Source: a virus
Virus record (IMG/VR): IMGVR_UViG_3300028840_003851
Direction: 5' to 3' (one strand)
Length of the DNA stretch: 64,000 bases
Shown: in pieces, positions 1 through 8,934 of the stretch
How the letters are laid out: the number at the start of each line of letters is the position of its first letter
Position numbering within the stretch: the stretch's first letter is position 1
Position numbers and translations under genes: made by a program
The notes under the pieces: generated by a model
The model's input: only the letters and a program-made list of their open reading frames with translations
Database searches by the model: none
What the model was told of the DNA's origin: nothing

Positions 1-1
1 T

Positions 2-661
2 GTCAATGGCAGCAGAAGCGGTCTTACCCTTACCCTTCTTCTCCAACTTAGATGCTCCGTATGCCGTGCCTCCAGCTGCTAAGCCTGCACCTCCATAGGC
101 GCCAGCAGTCTCTGCTGCGCCAGCTAGGAGCTTCTTCTTCTCCCTGGCCAGAGGAGCGTAGTCAGAAGGCACCTTACCGGCCTTCATCCTCTTTATCTCT
201 CCAGCAGCCTCTCGGGCCTTCTTCCCTGTAGCCACATCCTTAATCTTGCCCGCCACACCCTTAAGCTTGCCAGCTGCTCCCGCGGCGTACTCACCCAGGT
301 TGGACAGATTCCCAGCAACCTTCTCAATCTCCTGTAGCTCTGCGTAGAAGGCGTGTGCAGCTTGCTGACCGAACGCCTCTGCTTGCTTCTGCATGTCGGT
401 TTGAGAGGCCACACCAGAGAACTCCTCATTGGCCTGAGCGTAGAGCTGCTGAAGCTGCTCATCACTGGCCTCAGCGGTCTTCTCCTCTTCACCCTCGAAG
501 GTGGCGTTCCACAGCTCTGCAATCTGCTCATCAGAGAGCTGACTGATGTCGATGCCGTTGTCTACGGCGAGCTTCACAAAGGCCTCTGCCTGTGCGGTCT
601 TCTCTAGGTTCTCATCGGCGCCGGGGGTGCCGTACATCTCTGCGAAAAACTGATTCATCAT
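2..661 (-). CDS. Virion/scaffold-like protein with repeated K-x-A motifs (partial, runs off left edge)
   Basis: Manual translation from ATG 661: MMNQFFAEMYGTPGADENLEKTAQAEAFVKLA...EEKTAE...MQKQAE...IEKVAG...GKTASAAID, open to the window edge; directly downstream of the protease gene. Not in the ORF track. Confidence 0.75.
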   Translation of the reverse strand, partial: MMNQFFAEMYGTPGADENLEKTAQAEAFVKLAVDNGIDISQLSDEQIAELWNATFEGEEEKTAEASDEQLQQLYAQANEEFSGVASQTDMQKQAEAFGQQAAHAFYAELQEIEKVAGNLSNLGEYAAGAAGKLKGVAGKIKDVATGKKAREAAGEIKRMKAGKVPSDYAPLAREKKKLLAGAAETAGAYGGAGLAAGGTAYGASKLEKKGKGKTASAAID

Positions 662-706
662 GATGATTTCTTGCTCCAAAAGATTAGTGGATGTTTCTCG
701 CGCTAT

Positions 707-3643
707 CTACGAGGGGCGTCCCCTCTCCACGCCGGCCACACGGCCTGTTGCCCCCGGCTGCCCTACCTCATCCCAGTAAGCGTGATGTATGTAGTGTACA
801 GCTAGTGGGGTAAATATTGAGTCTACGGGCGCACTAGCCTGCTTCTCTAGCTCTCCTAGGTTAGCTGTCAGACCTTGTGTTTGCGCCACTAGCTCCAGTG
901 CTCCACTACGGTAACCGTTGTATGCAGCTCCAATCTTATGCAGGAGCTCCGGTGTATGGGAAGAGCACGAAGCTTCTTTCTTCGGTGTAAAAGAGGATAG
1001 AACAACTACTCTTCTCTCTATCTCAGGCCCCAAAGCTGACCGATGGGCAAGGAGAGGGAGTAGTAGCCTAGCGAGGGAGGGCATGAACAGCTCAGGAGCC
1101 ATGTGAGGGCACACACGTTCAGCCATACGAGGAAACACAGTGCCTCTCCCCTCCAGCTCATCTGCCTCATCCCTTCTACCCATACGTGTTAAGAGTATAC
1201 GCTGAAACTCTCTAGGACGTAAAAGCACGCCCATGCCTGCTGTAGTAGATAGAGCGTTGCCCAGGGGTACATCGCTCAGCGCCTCAAGGACCTCTCTCGG
1301 GATATCCCCTTCCGCCTGCGTAAGCAGAGGTACAGCCTTACCCGCAAATTGACTTGGAACGACATCCTTCTTAATCTCAGCGCTCTTTGGCTTTGCCAGC
1401 TTGCCAAAAGCAGTCTTGAGTATGAGGTCATCTAGTGATGCTACCTTGTCCTTTATCGGCTTGTCCTTAGGCAACCACCCGTTCTTACGCCTGGTCTCGT
1501 ATCTGGTCTTCCAGCTCCAAGCATGTGGTGGCTTTCTCTCTGCGCTCTTCTCTAGCGTAGCATCCACCGGCTCCCCAACGACCATATCTCTCGGCTCATC
1601 CTCAGCAGGGACACCCATCCTAGAGATGTACATCATCACCTTGGCAATCTTATCTGCACCGATGAAGACGAAGGAGATGTCAAAGAAGCGAGGGAAGTCG
1701 TTGTAGACCCAAACCTTCCTGCCATCAGGAAGGATACGGTTCATCATCTTGCGTGCGTGCTCGCAGTAATCCGCTCGAGTGATAGACAGACCCCTGATGC
1801 CAACACCATCCTTGGCTTTCTTAGCCTTGTGGTAGATAAGAACAGCCTCACCAGGATGCTTGTGCTTCCCGTCCTTGTAGGTAAGCAGTGCCTTAGTGTA
1901 CTCGTCCCAGTCTAGACAGATTGCACAGGTGTCGTACGGAACTTTCGTGTTGTGCGTAGCAATGAGCTCTGAGACGTAGCTGTCGTCACCCTTTACAGAG
2001 ATATTGAACACATCATCTCTGTAATCCTCCTCTACAATCTCCAGTATCGGGGAAAGGATGTATTTGGTCCCTTCGTACTCGTAGAAGAACCGCTGACCCC
2101 TTACCTTCTTAGAGGCACGTACAGGCTTCCTGGTGTACGGACCGATAACAGGTGAGAAGTCTGTACCAACCCACACCTGGTACTCTACAGTTTCCTTCCG
2201 CACAACAGACCGTGCAGACGGTATGTGATTGATGGTGTTGATGGAGCTAATCATTCCGCACCTAGCTAACGCTACAAATAGCTGGTCTGCAAGCTGCTCA
2301 GACGATGTAGAGAAGTACGCGGAGCCTTTGTAAGTGCCCCCATCTCCATCCAAGTAAGCCCCAAGAAACGCCTTCTGCAGCTCTGTGCACATATACAGGG
2401 CCTCTCTAGACAGCTGCTTTGTCTTAGCGCCGGAGCCGCAGAAACGAAGGCATCTGTCTGCTAGCTCCTTGCTAACCACTGTTACGTAGCGACCCCCCCT
2501 GTCCTTGTCCTCGCTATGCCATGAGACAGTAGCTCCCAGCTTCCTCCCCAAAGACTCTATCTCCTCTGCTAGCTCCTTCTCCTCAAATCCAAGGCTGAAG
2601 GTGATTTGCTCCAAAGGATGGTCGTTGTAGCTGCCAACATGCCCTCCTGCTAGGTAGAATCCAAGAAACCTAGCCTCGTCCACGCTGCTTACGGTGGCAT
2701 CTACCGCAGAGGGGACCGGGAACGCTACGTAGTCCCCTACCTCTGCTTCGTCTGCGCGCACCCACTCAAAGCCGTATCTAGGAGTAGTCTCGCAGCCCAT
2801 ACACCCCTTACCTCTGGACTTGACCAGAGGAGTGCAGTGCCGCTGCTTGCGCCCCTTGTTGACTCCTGCCGTAGGCTTACATACCAGCTGCTCCCCCCGT
2901 ACCAACCACAACGGGTGGTTCTCTGTTAAGCAGAGCTCCCTAGGAAACCCGTACGCCTTAAATCTGTATAGGGTACCCTCGTACTGGTACCTAAGGGCCT
3001 CCTCGACACAGCACACCTTCCCCACGTGCGTGATTACCTGGTCCCCTTCCTGCATGCACTCCATCTGCTTAAAAGAGCCATCCGCAAGCATTACGCGAGT
3101 ACCCGCAGGAACGCATCCCATCGACACATCTGGATACTTACCGGATATCAGCTTGTCCCAGACCCCTATTCCCCCGAACTGCTGGCACCTCTCATGGTCT
3201 ACACGCACAATCAGCTCTACACGCTTCATGTGCTCGTTCCATGCTGCTAGCTCTACCCCACCGAACGCCCTCTTTGGGTCCTTATTTCTGTGGTGCGCGT
3301 ACGGATGCGCCAGATAAAAGGTGGGAAAACCATACGGCCAGGTTCTAGCACGAGCTCTATCCACAAGCGGGTTCCCCGTCCAGTCGCTGGGCTTGTGGAT
3401 GAGGGCGGCCTCTGGAAAGTGGTCCCCGTTGATATTCGAGCCGTAGTACTCCCCGGCGCCCATGGCGTTGACGAGCACGTACTGAGAGTCGTTTCTAGGC
3501 TGTAGCGTCGCAATATACTCGACCACCTCTGGTAAAAGGGTAGGGGCTGCCGTCTTCTCGAACTCTGAGTCGGCAGGTCCAAATAGAGGGATAGCCGTTG
3601 GGCCGGTCTCTGCGTCGCCTAAGAAGTGTGAGTACTTGAGCAT
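707..3643 (-). CDS. Putative prohead (capsid maturation) protease precursor containing an intein
   Basis: Extein motifs NINGDHF, HHRNKD and DVSMG resemble the His/Ser motifs of HK97-gp4/assemblin-fold head proteases; CxxC after the intein; head-gene context. Confidence 0.6.
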   Translation of the reverse strand: MLKYSHFLGDAETGPTAIPLFGPADSEFEKTAAPTLLPEVVEYIATLQPRNDSQYVLVNAMGAGEYYGSNINGDHFPEAALIHKPSDWTGNPLVDRARARTWPYGFPTFYLAHPYAHHRNKDPKRAFGGVELAAWNEHMKRVELIVRVDHERCQQFGGIGVWDKLISGKYPDVSMGCVPAGTRVMLADGSFKQMECMQEGDQVITHVGKVCCVEEALRYQYEGTLYRFKAYGFPRELCLTENHPLWLVRGEQLVCKPTAGVNKGRKQRHCTPLVKSRGKGCMGCETTPRYGFEWVRADEAEVGDYVAFPVPSAVDATVSSVDEARFLGFYLAGGHVGSYNDHPLEQITFSLGFEEKELAEEIESLGRKLGATVSWHSEDKDRGGRYVTVVSKELADRCLRFCGSGAKTKQLSREALYMCTELQKAFLGAYLDGDGGTYKGSAYFSTSSEQLADQLFVALARCGMISSINTINHIPSARSVVRKETVEYQVWVGTDFSPVIGPYTRKPVRASKKVRGQRFFYEYEGTKYILSPILEIVEEDYRDDVFNISVKGDDSYVSELIATHNTKVPYDTCAICLDWDEYTKALLTYKDGKHKHPGEAVLIYHKAKKAKDGVGIRGLSITRADYCEHARKMMNRILPDGRKVWVYNDFPRFFDISFVFIGADKIAKVMMYISRMGVPAEDEPRDMVVGEPVDATLEKSAERKPPHAWSWKTRYETRRKNGWLPKDKPIKDKVASLDDLILKTAFGKLAKPKSAEIKKDVVPSQFAGKAVPLLTQAEGDIPREVLEALSDVPLGNALSTTAGMGVLLRPREFQRILLTRMGRRDEADELEGRGTVFPRMAERVCPHMAPELFMPSLARLLLPLLAHRSALGPEIERRVVVLSSFTPKKEASCSSHTPELLHKIGAAYNGYRSGALELVAQTQGLTANLGELEKQASAPVDSIFTPLAVHYIHHAYWDEVGQPGATGRVAGVERGRPS
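1949..3115 (-). mobile_element. Intein (389 aa) with LAGLIDADG-type endonuclease domain in the protease
   Basis: Starts SMG|CVPAGTRVMLADG (block A) and ends FNISVKGDDSYVSELIATHN|T (blocks F/G, +1 Thr); endonuclease motifs FLGFYLAGG and FLGAYLDGDG. Confidence 0.93.
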
Positions 3644-3683
3644 GGGGTCTCTTCAAGTGTAAAAGTTAGATGCGAAAAAGGGA

Positions 3684-3696
3684 ATAAGAGCCCTGG
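3684..3696 (+). promoter_or_regulatory. Putative phage promoter ATAAGA-N4-TG-R
   Basis: ATAAGA GCCC TG G in the divergent intergenic gap upstream of ORF 3728. Confidence 0.65.
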
Positions 3697-3727
3697 TACC
3701 CCAGACACGAACAGTAAGGAGTAAAAG

Positions 3728-3997
3728 ATGACTGCAGACAAAGAGCAAGCAGAAGAGCGGTTGAGTGACGACACCCTAGCGGATGTCACCGTAAACGACA
3801 TCTACAAGAACAAGGCGCTTCTGATAGCGCGCCTGGAGGAGCTTAGAGAGAGAAAGCTGATGGCGGCTGAAAGGGAGGTAGATGAGCTGATAGATAAATG
3901 GATAGAGGAGGAGGCTAGGAGACGAATAGCGTCCCTGCAAATCCTTATAGAGGAGGTACAGTACGCTAAGAAAGTGAAGGAAGGAGCAAATAGATGA
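3728..3997 (+). CDS. Hypothetical protein (89 aa, coiled-coil-like)
   Basis: SD AAGGAG upstream; overlaps the next ORF's start (ATGA). Confidence 0.7.
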   Translation: MTADKEQAEERLSDDTLADVTVNDIYKNKALLIARLEELRERKLMAAEREVDELIDKWIEEEARRRIASLQILIEEVQYAKKVKEGANR

Positions 3998-4239
3998 GCA
4001 AGAAGAGAAAGGTTCCTGACCTCTGGCTTGCTGGGAAGGTTACGGCAGCTGAGCTGTACGATAGTCTGGAGGGGGATAGGGAGAACATTGTAACCCTGTT
4101 AGATGAGCTCCGAGAGCACATTAACTGGTTACACAGAGAGGATGCCGCTCTCGCAGCCAAGGTATTCACCAGAATGGCTGAAACTGCGTGGAGCAGGGCC
4201 GCCGCCAGAAGGGGTAAGCATGGCAACGATGAATACTGA
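3994..4239 (+). CDS. Hypothetical protein (81 aa)
   Basis: SD GGAG; start overlaps the previous stop. Confidence 0.65.
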   Translation: MSKKRKVPDLWLAGKVTAAELYDSLEGDRENIVTLLDELREHINWLHREDAALAAKVFTRMAETAWSRAAARRGKHGNDEY

Positions 4240-4459
4240 CGGTCTAGACGACTGTGAGATTGCGGAGAAGCTAGTGGATGAGTGGGCAGATGGAGAGCTA
4301 TACGTCAACGATATGTTCGACTGTTTAGCCCGCCACCCGTCCTGTGTGGAGAAAGTCAAGATGGAGGTGGCGAAGAGGATGGACATCCTACAGCTACTTC
4401 TAAACGAGATACGTGATGCGGAGAGAGATACGGAGAAGAAGGAGACCAACAATGAGTGA
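4220..4459 (+). CDS. Hypothetical protein
   Basis: In-frame ATG 4220 of track ORF 4103..4459; acidic helical sequence; overlaps neighbours. Confidence 0.6.
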   Translation: MATMNTDGLDDCEIAEKLVDEWADGELYVNDMFDCLARHPSCVEKVKMEVAKRMDILQLLLNEIRDAERDTEKKETNNE

Positions 4460-4661
4460 ATACAGTGAGACAGAGAAGAGTAGAGAGCGTGATGAGATTG
4501 AGCTTCTAAGAAATGAGCTTGAAGAGGCTCGTGCAGAGCTCGTCAAGCTAAAGGTAGAGATAGTCGGTCTCCAGAAGAGTGTAGAGACCGTAACGGAAAT
4601 GTACGTTCAGGAGGTGAGGCTTAACGCCGCCTCCGAGGCAAGGAGACAGACAGAGGAGTAG
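4452..4661 (+). CDS. Hypothetical coiled-coil protein
   Basis: SD AAGGAG before ATG 4452; heptad pattern. Confidence 0.65.
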   Translation: MSEYSETEKSRERDEIELLRNELEEARAELVKLKVEIVGLQKSVETVTEMYVQEVRLNAASEARRQTEE

Positions 4662-4670
4662 ATAATAATG

Positions 4671-4700
4671 AGAGGAGCGCATGCGCTCCTCTTCTTAGCT
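4671..4700 (+). terminator. Intrinsic terminator-like hairpin with TTAGCT tail
   Basis: Perfect 22-bp palindrome AGAGGAGCGCA|TGCGCTCCTCT followed by TCTTAGCT. Confidence 0.7.
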
Positions 4701-4727
4701 ACGTAAAATAAAGGCGTAAAAGAGAGC

Positions 4728-4740
4728 ATAAGATTAATGA
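4728..4740 (+). promoter_or_regulatory. Putative phage promoter ATAAGA-N4-TG-R
   Basis: ATAAGA TTAA TG A, ATG 2 nt later, no SD. Confidence 0.65.
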
Positions 4741-4741
4741 T

Positions 4742-4942
4742 ATGGAAGAGCTAAACGAAAGAATCAGAGAGAATGTCCGACAACAGAATACGGTCCACTC
4801 CGTAATGGAGTGGACCACATCAAGCTCCCTTTACAGGGAGCTAGCAGAGGAGATACAGAGACTGGAGGAGGAAGAGAGGAAGATGAAGAAGGAGAGGGAC
4901 ATGTTACTGGAGGATAGGGAGAGGGAGGAAGAGTATCTTTGA
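4742..4942 (+). CDS. Hypothetical protein (66 aa), near-leaderless
   Basis: Sole ORF between the promoter motif and the next hairpin. Confidence 0.7.
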   Translation: MEELNERIRENVRQQNTVHSVMEWTTSSSLYRELAEEIQRLEEEERKMKKERDMLLEDREREEEYL

Positions 4943-4947
4943 TAGTG

Positions 4948-4966
4948 GGGCCTCGGCCCTTTAGCT
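4948..4966 (+). terminator. Short terminator-like hairpin with TTAGCT tail
   Basis: GGGC-CTCG-GCCC then TTTAGCT. Confidence 0.45.
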
Positions 4967-4997
4967 ACGTAAAAGAAAGTACGGGGTAAAAGGCTGC

Positions 4998-5010
4998 ATA
5001 AGAATACTGA
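4998..5010 (+). promoter_or_regulatory. Putative phage promoter ATAAGA-N4-TG-A(TG)
   Basis: ATAAGA ATAC TG ATG; the 17-mer ATAAGAATACTGATGGA also occurs at 47793. Confidence 0.7.
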
Positions 5011-5156
5011 TGGAGAAGCTAAAGAGTTTATCTGATGCAGCCCTGCGGCGTATTAAGTACTACGCAGAGGGAATAAACGACCGACTAGATAAGATGATAA
5101 GGGAGGAGATGCAAAGAAGGGAGGATGAGCTACCTGATACAGTCAGGTACGCATAG
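5010..5156 (+). CDS. Leaderless small protein (48 aa)
   Basis: MEKLKSLSDAALRRIKYYAEGINDRLDKMIREEMQRREDELPDTVRYA*, bounded by the promoter motif and a terminator. Confidence 0.65.
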   Translation: MEKLKSLSDAALRRIKYYAEGINDRLDKMIREEMQRREDELPDTVRYA

Positions 5157-5164
5157 TCTACAGT

Positions 5165-5201
5165 GAAGGAGGGGTGAGCTACCCCCCTCCTCTTCTTAGC
5201 T
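5165..5201 (+). terminator. Intrinsic terminator with TTAGCT tail
   Basis: AGGAGGGG...CCCCTCCT stem then CTTCTTAGCT; sits between convergent genes. Confidence 0.7.
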
Positions 5202-5209
5202 CCGTAAAG

Positions 5210-5944
5210 CTACTCCCTCCAGCTCTTGGGCTGATTATGCGCCTTGTTCTGGGCAGCGAGCATCTTCTCCTTGGCCGTCTCTATATCGAAAGGCATCTTC
5301 TGCAGCTGACCCTTTTGGACCTCCAGCTGCCCAGGATGCAGCTCAGCCTTCTGACCCAGCTCGAGCATCTTGGCCCCATGCATCTGCTGCTCCCTCTCCG
5401 TCCTACCTGGCATGCCTGCAATCTCTGCCGTAAGCTTCTGCTCTTGGAGAGCGCGCATCTTCTCCATCGGGTCAGCCATGCCTAAGAGCTGCGTGGCCCT
5501 TGTCCCCGGCTGCTCTCTAGGTAGCCCACCTAGAGACTCTACGATGACCTTGCCCGCTACCTCAGGCTGTAAGCTCATCTGCCTCATGTACGTTCCGGCT
5601 ACCACAGGGTCTGACGCGAACTGAGGGTTGATGGCGCGCAGAGAGCTGTAGTGGGAGTTGAACTGCTTGACGTTGTCTCTCTGCAGCTGCTTTAGGTCGG
5701 GGTTCGTATCCATCATGGCGTTGAAGTCACGGTTCTTCGTAACTGCGTAGTACGCCTTCTCTGCTATACGCCCAGGTAGGTCTAGGCCCGTAGCGAGCAT
5801 GGTTGCCCCCGCAGTGATGCCGATGTTCTTGGGGGAGAGCATCTCGGAGAATCCCTTCCCTACATCCTTCATCCCTTTACCAACGCCAGACAGCCATCCA
5901 GCTTCCTTCTTAGCTGTGAAGTACTCATCAATTGGGTTGCTCAT
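5210..5944 (-). CDS. Putative virion protein (KEAG motif)
   Basis: 244-aa ORF in the minus-strand structural block; N-terminal KKEAGW followed by a Gly-rich amphipathic segment. Confidence 0.7.
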   Translation of the reverse strand: MSNPIDEYFTAKKEAGWLSGVGKGMKDVGKGFSEMLSPKNIGITAGATMLATGLDLPGRIAEKAYYAVTKNRDFNAMMDTNPDLKQLQRDNVKQFNSHYSSLRAINPQFASDPVVAGTYMRQMSLQPEVAGKVIVESLGGLPREQPGTRATQLLGMADPMEKMRALQEQKLTAEIAGMPGRTEREQQMHGAKMLELGQKAELHPGQLEVQKGQLQKMPFDIETAKEKMLAAQNKAHNQPKSWRE

Positions 5945-6221
5945 AGCTCTCCTCTAGCTCTTTCATCTTGTCAGACGTGCTCCTGCTTAAAGACATGGGT
6001 GGGCTCTGCCAGTGCCGCACCTCAATGCCTTCAAGCTCGATGAACCTTTTGAAGCCTAGGTGCTCTCCGCACTCTCTGCAGTACCTGAAAACTTTGGCAG
6101 TGCCGTCGGCAAATACACGGTCCACCCATCTCTCCTCGTCCACCCGGAGAAGATGCTTGAGCTCGTGCCACCAGCTAAGCTTCAGAACGGGGGCTCTTCC
6201 TGTCCTTCTGTATGGGCTCAT
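5928..6221 (-). CDS. Hypothetical protein (97 aa, one CxxC)
   Basis: Overlaps neighbours in operon style; CREC motif. Confidence 0.55.
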   Translation of the reverse strand: MSPYRRTGRAPVLKLSWWHELKHLLRVDEERWVDRVFADGTAKVFRYCRECGEHLGFKRFIELEGIEVRHWQSPPMSLSRSTSDKMKELEESYEQPN

Positions 6222-6360
6222 CCTTAATCCTGCACACGGGGTAGGTCCAGTCGCAAGAGACTTTTAGAACAGACCAGCGCGTCTTGCACTCCGGACAGGT
6301 GTACGCTCGTCCAAGGTTGTCGAGCTGCACAGGGGCATCACATGTCGGGCATCTGTCCAT
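6175..6360 (-). CDS. Small zinc-ribbon protein
   Basis: CPTC...CPEC pair. Confidence 0.6.
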   Translation of the reverse strand: MDRCPTCDAPVQLDNLGRAYTCPECKTRWSVLKVSCDWTYPVCRIKDEPIQKDRKSPRSEA

Positions 6361-6363
6361 GGC

Positions 6364-7647
6364 TTACTGTCCGCTCTGAATCCTGTACCGCCTTCGTAGA
6401 CCAGCCTCGGAGGTAGGCATTAAGGCACCAGTGAGGTACTCACCTGTTGCTCTGGCTGCTCTTGCTGGCATGCTTGGACTGTACTTGAGGTGCTCATGGA
6501 TGGCCTCACCACCAAGACCAAGTGCAGCTAGCTCAGCTGCTGCGGGAGTGAGTGCTAGTGCTCCGCCGGCCAACCTAGCGCCTCTTCCACCACCTAGAGC
6601 CTCTGTTAGCTGCTGACCTGCCTCTCTGAAACCAGCCTTAGCAGCACCACGAGCCCTGCGTGCTCCGTGTATCCCCTTACCTAGAACCTTACCAACCAAG
6701 GCTCCCTTTCCAGCCTCCTTAATCTGTCCTGCTTGGATGATAAAGGTGGTAATCCCATCAAGATGACTACGTACCTCTTCCTCTGTCGCTCTAACATGTG
6801 CTAGCTTTTTAAGCGTTGTACAGAAGGTGTCGTAGGTTTTAACAAGAGGATGCTCGATGTTGACCATCGCCGCAGTCTTGGTAAACCTGCTCAAAGAGGC
6901 CGCTACATCACCTCTTCCTTTATAGACATTTTCTCTTAGTAAAGTAGGTGTAATAAACCTAAACGCAACCTTCGCCATCTCTGGCTCATGTCCTGTTGCT
7001 GCCCAAGCTTGAAGTACATCACCTAGGTCTGTGCCTTTGAGCGCTGCCTCTTTTACCTGTCTGTACAGTAGCTCATGCTCCACCATGAGATTGGTCTCTA
7101 GGGAGGATAGCTGGGACATGAGGTCCCCGTGTGCCCCGGCGAGCTTGTGCCTTAAGCGGATGGAGTCTTGTAGGGGGTCAGCATATGGTGCCTCGGGCCT
7201 GCCACCTGTTTTGAACGCTTCATCTAGGTGGTCTGGGATGCCTAATCTGTGCCTCGCTGCATCCGCTTTCTTGGTGAGGTCCTCTGGGGGTAGGTCGTAG
7301 TCTGATGATAGGGGACGTGCTGGCTCCGGCGCTCCGCCGTCGTTTAGGTCTCGCAGAACATCACCAGGGTCTGCCGGTCCTCCTTGAAGCTCAACGTAGC
7401 GATGGCTTCCGCACTTCTCGAGCTCGTTGAGGTATGCCGCTGTGTTTGCGAACTCCACCACTCGGCGAACCTGCTCTGGTGATAGTGCAGATGTCTTGAT
7501 GGTCTCTATCAGGGCCTCCTGTACGGTGGCGTACTGCCCTTGGGTGTAGAGCTTGGCTGCGTGCTTGCCGAAGGTCTCCAGCTCCAAGCCGGAGATGGGA
7601 GTAGCCTTCTGCTGCTGTTGCTGTAGGAGCTGGGGTAGGTCACTCAT
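6364..7647 (-). CDS. Putative virion protein (427 aa, KTAA/KEAG motifs)
   Basis: Long ORF in the structural block; K-x-A motifs; Gly/Ala-rich C-terminus. Confidence 0.75.
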   Translation of the reverse strand: MSDLPQLLQQQQQKATPISGLELETFGKHAAKLYTQGQYATVQEALIETIKTSALSPEQVRRVVEFANTAAYLNELEKCGSHRYVELQGGPADPGDVLRDLNDGGAPEPARPLSSDYDLPPEDLTKKADAARHRLGIPDHLDEAFKTGGRPEAPYADPLQDSIRLRHKLAGAHGDLMSQLSSLETNLMVEHELLYRQVKEAALKGTDLGDVLQAWAATGHEPEMAKVAFRFITPTLLRENVYKGRGDVAASLSRFTKTAAMVNIEHPLVKTYDTFCTTLKKLAHVRATEEEVRSHLDGITTFIIQAGQIKEAGKGALVGKVLGKGIHGARRARGAAKAGFREAGQQLTEALGGGRGARLAGGALALTPAAAELAALGLGGEAIHEHLKYSPSMPARAARATGEYLTGALMPTSEAGLRRRYRIQSGQ

Positions 7648-7709
7648 GCTTAAAGGCTACAGCAGTGGCTAGATGTAAGGGAAGATGAAAGAATAGGCAG
7701 ATAACCTGT

Positions 7710-7722
7710 ATAAGACCCCTGA
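7710..7722 (+). promoter_or_regulatory. Putative phage promoter ATAAGA-N4-TG-A(TG)
   Basis: ATAAGA CCCC TG ATG in a divergent gap; no SD. Confidence 0.7.
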
Positions 7723-7997
7723 TGAGCAATCTAAAAACTAGCGAGGCTATTAACACGTTGGTTCATGCCGTAGGTGGTAGGTACCTAAGGCACAACAGAA
7801 GGAGGGCCACTTCGGCAGCCAAGTACCTACAGGGACTTGATGAGGATACGAGGGAGCTTGTCTCCCGCTCCCTCAAGGAGAAAGGTTACGAGCTAGACGA
7901 GGCCATCTGCGGGTGGGAGTACTACCGTACCCCCGCAGGCTCCGTATGCATCAACAACGACGGGGTGCGCTTCACCCCTTGGTGGCCTGGTAAGTAA
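7722..7997 (+). CDS. Leaderless hypothetical protein (91 aa)
   Basis: Starts at the promoter-motif purine. Confidence 0.7.
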   Translation: MSNLKTSEAINTLVHAVGGRYLRHNRRRATSAAKYLQGLDEDTRELVSRSLKEKGYELDEAICGWEYYRTPAGSVCINNDGVRFTPWWPGK

Positions 7998-8006
7998 GGA
8001 GTAAGC

Positions 8007-8111
8007 ATGAGTAAGTGTAAAAGGTGTAGAAGGCTGAAGAGATACAAGAACAGACTTAAGATAGCGTTGGCGCTCTTGAGCGCCAACGGGATAGAGATGC
8101 CCGAAGAGTGA
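8007..8111 (+). CDS. Small basic protein (34 aa)
   Basis: SD AAGGAG; MSKCKRCRRLKRYKNRLKIALALLSANGIEMPEE*. Confidence 0.5.
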   Translation: MSKCKRCRRLKRYKNRLKIALALLSANGIEMPEE

Positions 8112-8115
8112 TGAC

Positions 8116-8143
8116 AGGGGGGGCTCACCCCCCTTTTTTAGCT
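8116..8143 (+). terminator. Intrinsic terminator with TTAGCT tail
   Basis: GGGGGG-GCTCA-CCCCCC-TTTTTTAGCT. Confidence 0.75.
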
Positions 8144-8158
8144 ACCAGGAGTAAGCTG

Positions 8159-8491
8159 ATGAAGGTGACCGACGACATGCTGATGGAGATGAGCTGTAAG
8201 CTACTAGATGAGCTTAGAGGAGAATCCTCTAGAGTTGGGGTGTGTGCCCTGCTGCTCGTGTGCATATCCTGCATGAGTGGCGAATACGATGAGGAAGATG
8301 ATGATGCGGCTGATATGGCTAGAAGAATAGAGGAGTCCCTACGGCAGTTCGCTGAAGATGAGGGTCTGGATGACTTTGCACTCCTAGAGCTCTCTCTTCT
8401 TTCATGTGCAGGGACGGCACACGCCGCTATAGAAGCTATTTTGAAAGAGTTTAGAGCGGCAACCACCCTTCCTGATAAAGAGCTCAACTAG
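8159..8491 (+). CDS. Hypothetical helical protein, paralog family A
   Basis: SD AGGAG before ATG 8159; shares CALLLV...GLDDF..LEL...AI.AILK with 9183..9503. Confidence 0.7.
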   Translation: MKVTDDMLMEMSCKLLDELRGESSRVGVCALLLVCISCMSGEYDEEDDDAADMARRIEESLRQFAEDEGLDDFALLELSLLSCAGTAHAAIEAILKEFRAATTLPDKELN

Positions 8492-8493
8492 CC

Positions 8494-8919
8494 ATGTTTA
8501 AGGTAGGAGACAAGGTAGGAGACCTCACTGTACTAAGGGCTACAGATAGGAGGTACAAGGGGGGCATACTTTGGGAGTGCAGCTGTGTCTGTGGTTGTCC
8601 TCAAGAGAGAACAACCAACCAGCTTAACAACTCATTAAAGTACGGAAGAGCACCTAAGTGCCCTAGGTGCTTGTCGCTATACCGAAAAAGAAAGATAGCG
8701 TACCTACGGTTGTGGCAGTGCCACGGTACGCTGTACCCTACTTGGTGGTCAGAGATGACTCGAGCGGAGCTCATGGACGAGCTCATCGAGGATATTGCAC
8801 CACTACGAGCACTGAGCGTTCGGGAGATTAATGAGATGCCCCCTACCCCTATCTCTGCTCTTGATGATGTTTGGGATGGGACAGCTGGGGACATCGATTT
8901 AGAGAATGACTGGGAGTAA
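8494..8919 (+). CDS. Protein with the Cys-rich N-terminal module typical of phage HNH/AP2 endonucleases
   Basis: GDKVGDLTV...LWECSCVCG...APKCPRC pattern; no recognisable HNH catalytic motif follows. Confidence 0.5.
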   Translation: MFKVGDKVGDLTVLRATDRRYKGGILWECSCVCGCPQERTTNQLNNSLKYGRAPKCPRCLSLYRKRKIAYLRLWQCHGTLYPTWWSEMTRAELMDELIEDIAPLRALSVREINEMPPTPISALDDVWDGTAGDIDLENDWE

Positions 8920-8934
8920 AGCAATGGTAGTTGA

